Origin: Guillardia theta CCMP2712
Taxonomy: Eukaryota > Protista > Cryptophyta
Assembly (NCBI RefSeq): GCF_000315625.1
Contig: NW_005434600.1
Location: 91,515 to 155,514, forward strand
Reading direction: 5' to 3'
Length of the DNA stretch: 64,000 nucleotides
Shown: piece after piece, positions 61,221-64,000 of the stretch
Position numbering within the stretch: the first letter of the stretch is position 1
How the letters are laid out: each line of letters starts with the position of its first letter
Position numbers and translations under genes: made by a program
Notes under the pieces: generated by a model
Database searches by the model: none
What the model saw: only the letters and a program-made list of their open reading frames with translations
What the model was told of the DNA's origin: nothing

Positions 61221-63707
61221 ATGCAGAGCTACGGCACAATGGCGGCGGCCGGAGGAGGACGAGGGAAGCACAGGGAGGCGATGGCGGCGCTCGCATGCAT
61301 TTCCTCGGTGAGAATCATGCTGTCATGATGATGATACCTTCCGCTTGACGCACCTGCTGCTCGACCCTTGGAGGGCGGCAGCAGTACTGTGTTCGTGTGC
61401 TGGAGGGTAGAGGGATTGTAGTGGTGTTGGTAGGGATGCTGCTTGCTGGAATAGCTTCCTGCCGCATGCTTCCCATGTTTTCTTCCTTCTCCCTGAGTAT
61501 CCCTGCGCCCTTCCTTCTCCACGAGTAGCTACCTCCTACATGCACTCTAACTCGTAGCGCGCTCCCTGAATCTTCTCAATCGTTGAACCCAGGTGACTCT
61601 CCTCGCTGCTCTCGCGCTGGTTTCCAGCGGCACCAGCAAGGTCGGGCTCTTCCAGGGACAGCCCATGGTTGCCCCTGTGATCGACAGCAGGGAGCTTGCG
61701 ATGGCTCCGGCCTTCTGGAAGACGAGCATGCTTCACTCTGAGGAGCGTGTGGTAGCCAAGAACTTGGCGGCGGACATGCGCAAGCTGTGGGCGGCGCAGA
61801 AGTCGAGGAAGAACAAGGACAACAACAAGGTTGAGAAGCAGGAGCTGTCTGACTTGAAGAAGGTCGAGCTCGCCAAGAAGCGCTACGACACCTTAGCGGC
61901 TATCATTAACGAGGCACCAGTGCTTAGGAGGATGAACTCTGACAAGCCTCATGAGGTTCTGGCTCAGGACCCCAGGACAGGACAGATCTTTGTCTTGTAC
62001 GAGTACCACGTTCCTGGAGGCTACCTTGGAGGCGACAACGGCGTTGACTCTGACTACGATGCCGTCACTGCTCCTTCCGAGTACTACTCCTCTGCTGAGA
62101 AGGGCGACGCTCCTTTCACATGGAGCATCGATAGGAACCCAATCTACCAGGGCGAGCCCAATAACTACGCTGGAGGAGAGTGGTTTAACATGAGGAGCGG
62201 TCCTGCCCGCCTCCGTGCCCCTGTAGCGCAGAACTTGTACGAGTACCACGTTCCTGGAGGCTACTTGGGGGGCGACAACGGGGTCGACTCTGACTACGAT
62301 GCCGTCACTGCTCCTTCCGAGTACTTCGCTACCGATGAGAAGGGAGACGGTGCCTTCGAGGAGCCTGCTGGTCGGGATCCTGTGTACCAGGGAGAGTACC
62401 ACGACTACGCTGGAGGAGACTGGACCAACATGAAGGCTACCCCTCAGGTTTGTGGAGCGAATGCGAAGGAGTTGCGATGATGTTGGATGCGCAAAGTGAA
62501 GTCGATGATGATGATGATGATGATGATGTGTTGTTGCCCGTGCCCGTGCAATTGATGTTGATGTTGTTGATCAGTTTGACTGTGATGATACAATGTTTCC
62601 TTTTCTCATATCACTCGTTCAGTCTCTTGCTGCTGTCCCCTACATGATGTCTCAGCCTGTCAACGCCGACGTCGCTGTCATGCGCGATGGGGCCGGAAGA
62701 CTTCGCCTCGTGAACCTTGCGGCGGTCGAGGGGCTTGAGAGGGCCGAGCTTGCTCGCGCTGCTGCCAGGAACCGCATGGCGCTGCAGGTAATCGGAGGGC
62801 AGCATGTCCTGTTCACTGCAATCTTACCAAGACCCCAGCTCATGGCTCGTCGTCTTGCTCGCAAGAACTCTGCCGCCAAGGTCAACCACAAGGTGTGACA
62901 TGTTCGTGCTTCCTGCACGTCAAGCTGACTTGTGGGGCAAACAGGCCAAGCCAGCTGCCGCTGCTTCCCAGAAGGTAAAGCGCTCCCCTGAGTCTTGGAG
63001 CCTGCGGGCTGAACGTAGTGAGAAGGTCCCGGTGAAGGAGGTCAAGAAGGCTGCGCAACCTGAGGTAGATTGAGACCTCTCCCTCCCCTCCCTCTTGCTG
63101 ACGCTGCAGCAGGTGAAGAAGTCCACGGCCAAGGTGAGGATGAAGTTGGGAGAGGGAGAGGGAGAGGGAGAGGGAGAAGGCTTGTGCTGACGAGGAGAGT
63201 AGAAGTCGCAGACTCAGATGCTTGCGGATGCTTCTTGGGGCTCCTCCTCCTCTACCAGGACCTGGGGCAAGGTATGAGGGAGGGGAGGAAGAAGAGGAGG
63301 GAGACGAGAACAGTGACGCTGTACTCTCAAGGTTTACAACCCAAAGCTCGTCACCCTCCCTAATACCGACAATGCCAACAAGGAAAAACCTTTGAGGTGA
63401 CTTTTCTTACTCCTTTCTCTTTCCTCCCTTTCCCGTCCTTCCTTCCTCCTTCCTCCTTCCCCTTCCTCCCTCGTCCCTTCTTGCCCATCGCTCTCTTTCC
63501 CCTTTCGTTCTCTTCCTCGTCCCTTCACCCTCCCTCCTCGTGCATGTCCCATTTCTGCTCGTCCTCAAAACACGAGGTTGCGAATTTTCTTGTCCTCTTC
63601 TTGTCTCCTCGCACTTTCCTCTCCCTGCTGCACTGTTTAACTGACATGCTCATAGCTCGCGTGCTGAGAAGGAGTTCCAGCGATGGAACAAGCTTGCGCA
63701 GAAGTGA

Positions 63708-63758
<51 letters not shown>

Positions 63759-63925
63759 AATGATCAAAGGGAAGATGTTGACAAAGTGGTAGCTGTGATG
63801 ATGATGATGATGATGATGATGATTGGTATGTCTTTGTAACGCACGTGCAGGGTTACCGACGTCTACGACCCCATGAGCGAGCACTCTTCTAACATCAAGC
63901 TCTCGCTCGGCAAGCACGACAACTG
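61221..63925 (+). CDS. Signal-anchored or secreted repeat protein, multi-exon, probably continuing beyond the window
   Basis: Exon 61221-61307 (MQSYGTMAAAGGGRGKHREAMAALACISS) splices in frame to 61593 (VTLLAALALVSSG). It has two 80-aa repeats (240-bp period from 61995 and 62235) and many short in-frame exons including TQMLADASWG. Confidence 0.75.
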
Positions 63926-64000
63926 GTTGACCCTTGTGCCTCCCTCCCTCCCTCCTTTCCGCCGTTTCCTTTCCTAGCATTCTCTTTCTGACAACTGTTA

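Overview
Intron-rich eukaryotic nuclear DNA with six N-gaps. A cryptophyte alga (Guillardia theta-like) is inferred from the 43-60 bp introns, a signal peptide + Phe plastid-targeting leader, an N-terminal YGT-type membrane protein and multiple RWP-RK genes. Recognisable genes: a 5'-truncated LRR + degenerate PIN protein, a Trk/HKT cation transporter, three short RWP-RK genes plus a relic, a small Lys/Ala-rich histone H1-like gene absent from the ORF track, a plastid-targeted single-TM protein, a heat shock factor, a LARP7-like La protein with apparently two xRRM domains, an intronless 1677-aa U-box/tyrosine-kinase-like/ARM protein, three solo CENP-B-N/psq-type HTH genes, a TFIIIC Tau95 fragment, three to four copies of an unrecognised twin-'IDxxGNF' mini-protein, a PTB/hnRNP-L protein, a GILT-like protein lacking its CXXC, and a 3'-truncated repeat protein. 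Structure not explained by the genes: (i) three paralog clusters, each in alternating orientation; (ii) two classes of non-alignable 'vocabulary islands' (palindromic CCGG/GTAC/AACTT-rich and GGGT/ACCC-rich) lying 5' of genes, plus a relic whose 2-bp insertions create island words; (iii) a recurrent TACGAGGAC motif whose 36-bp form brackets the RWP-RK cassette; (iv) a TRIM-like mini LTR element. All splice models and family calls were made by eye, without database searches.
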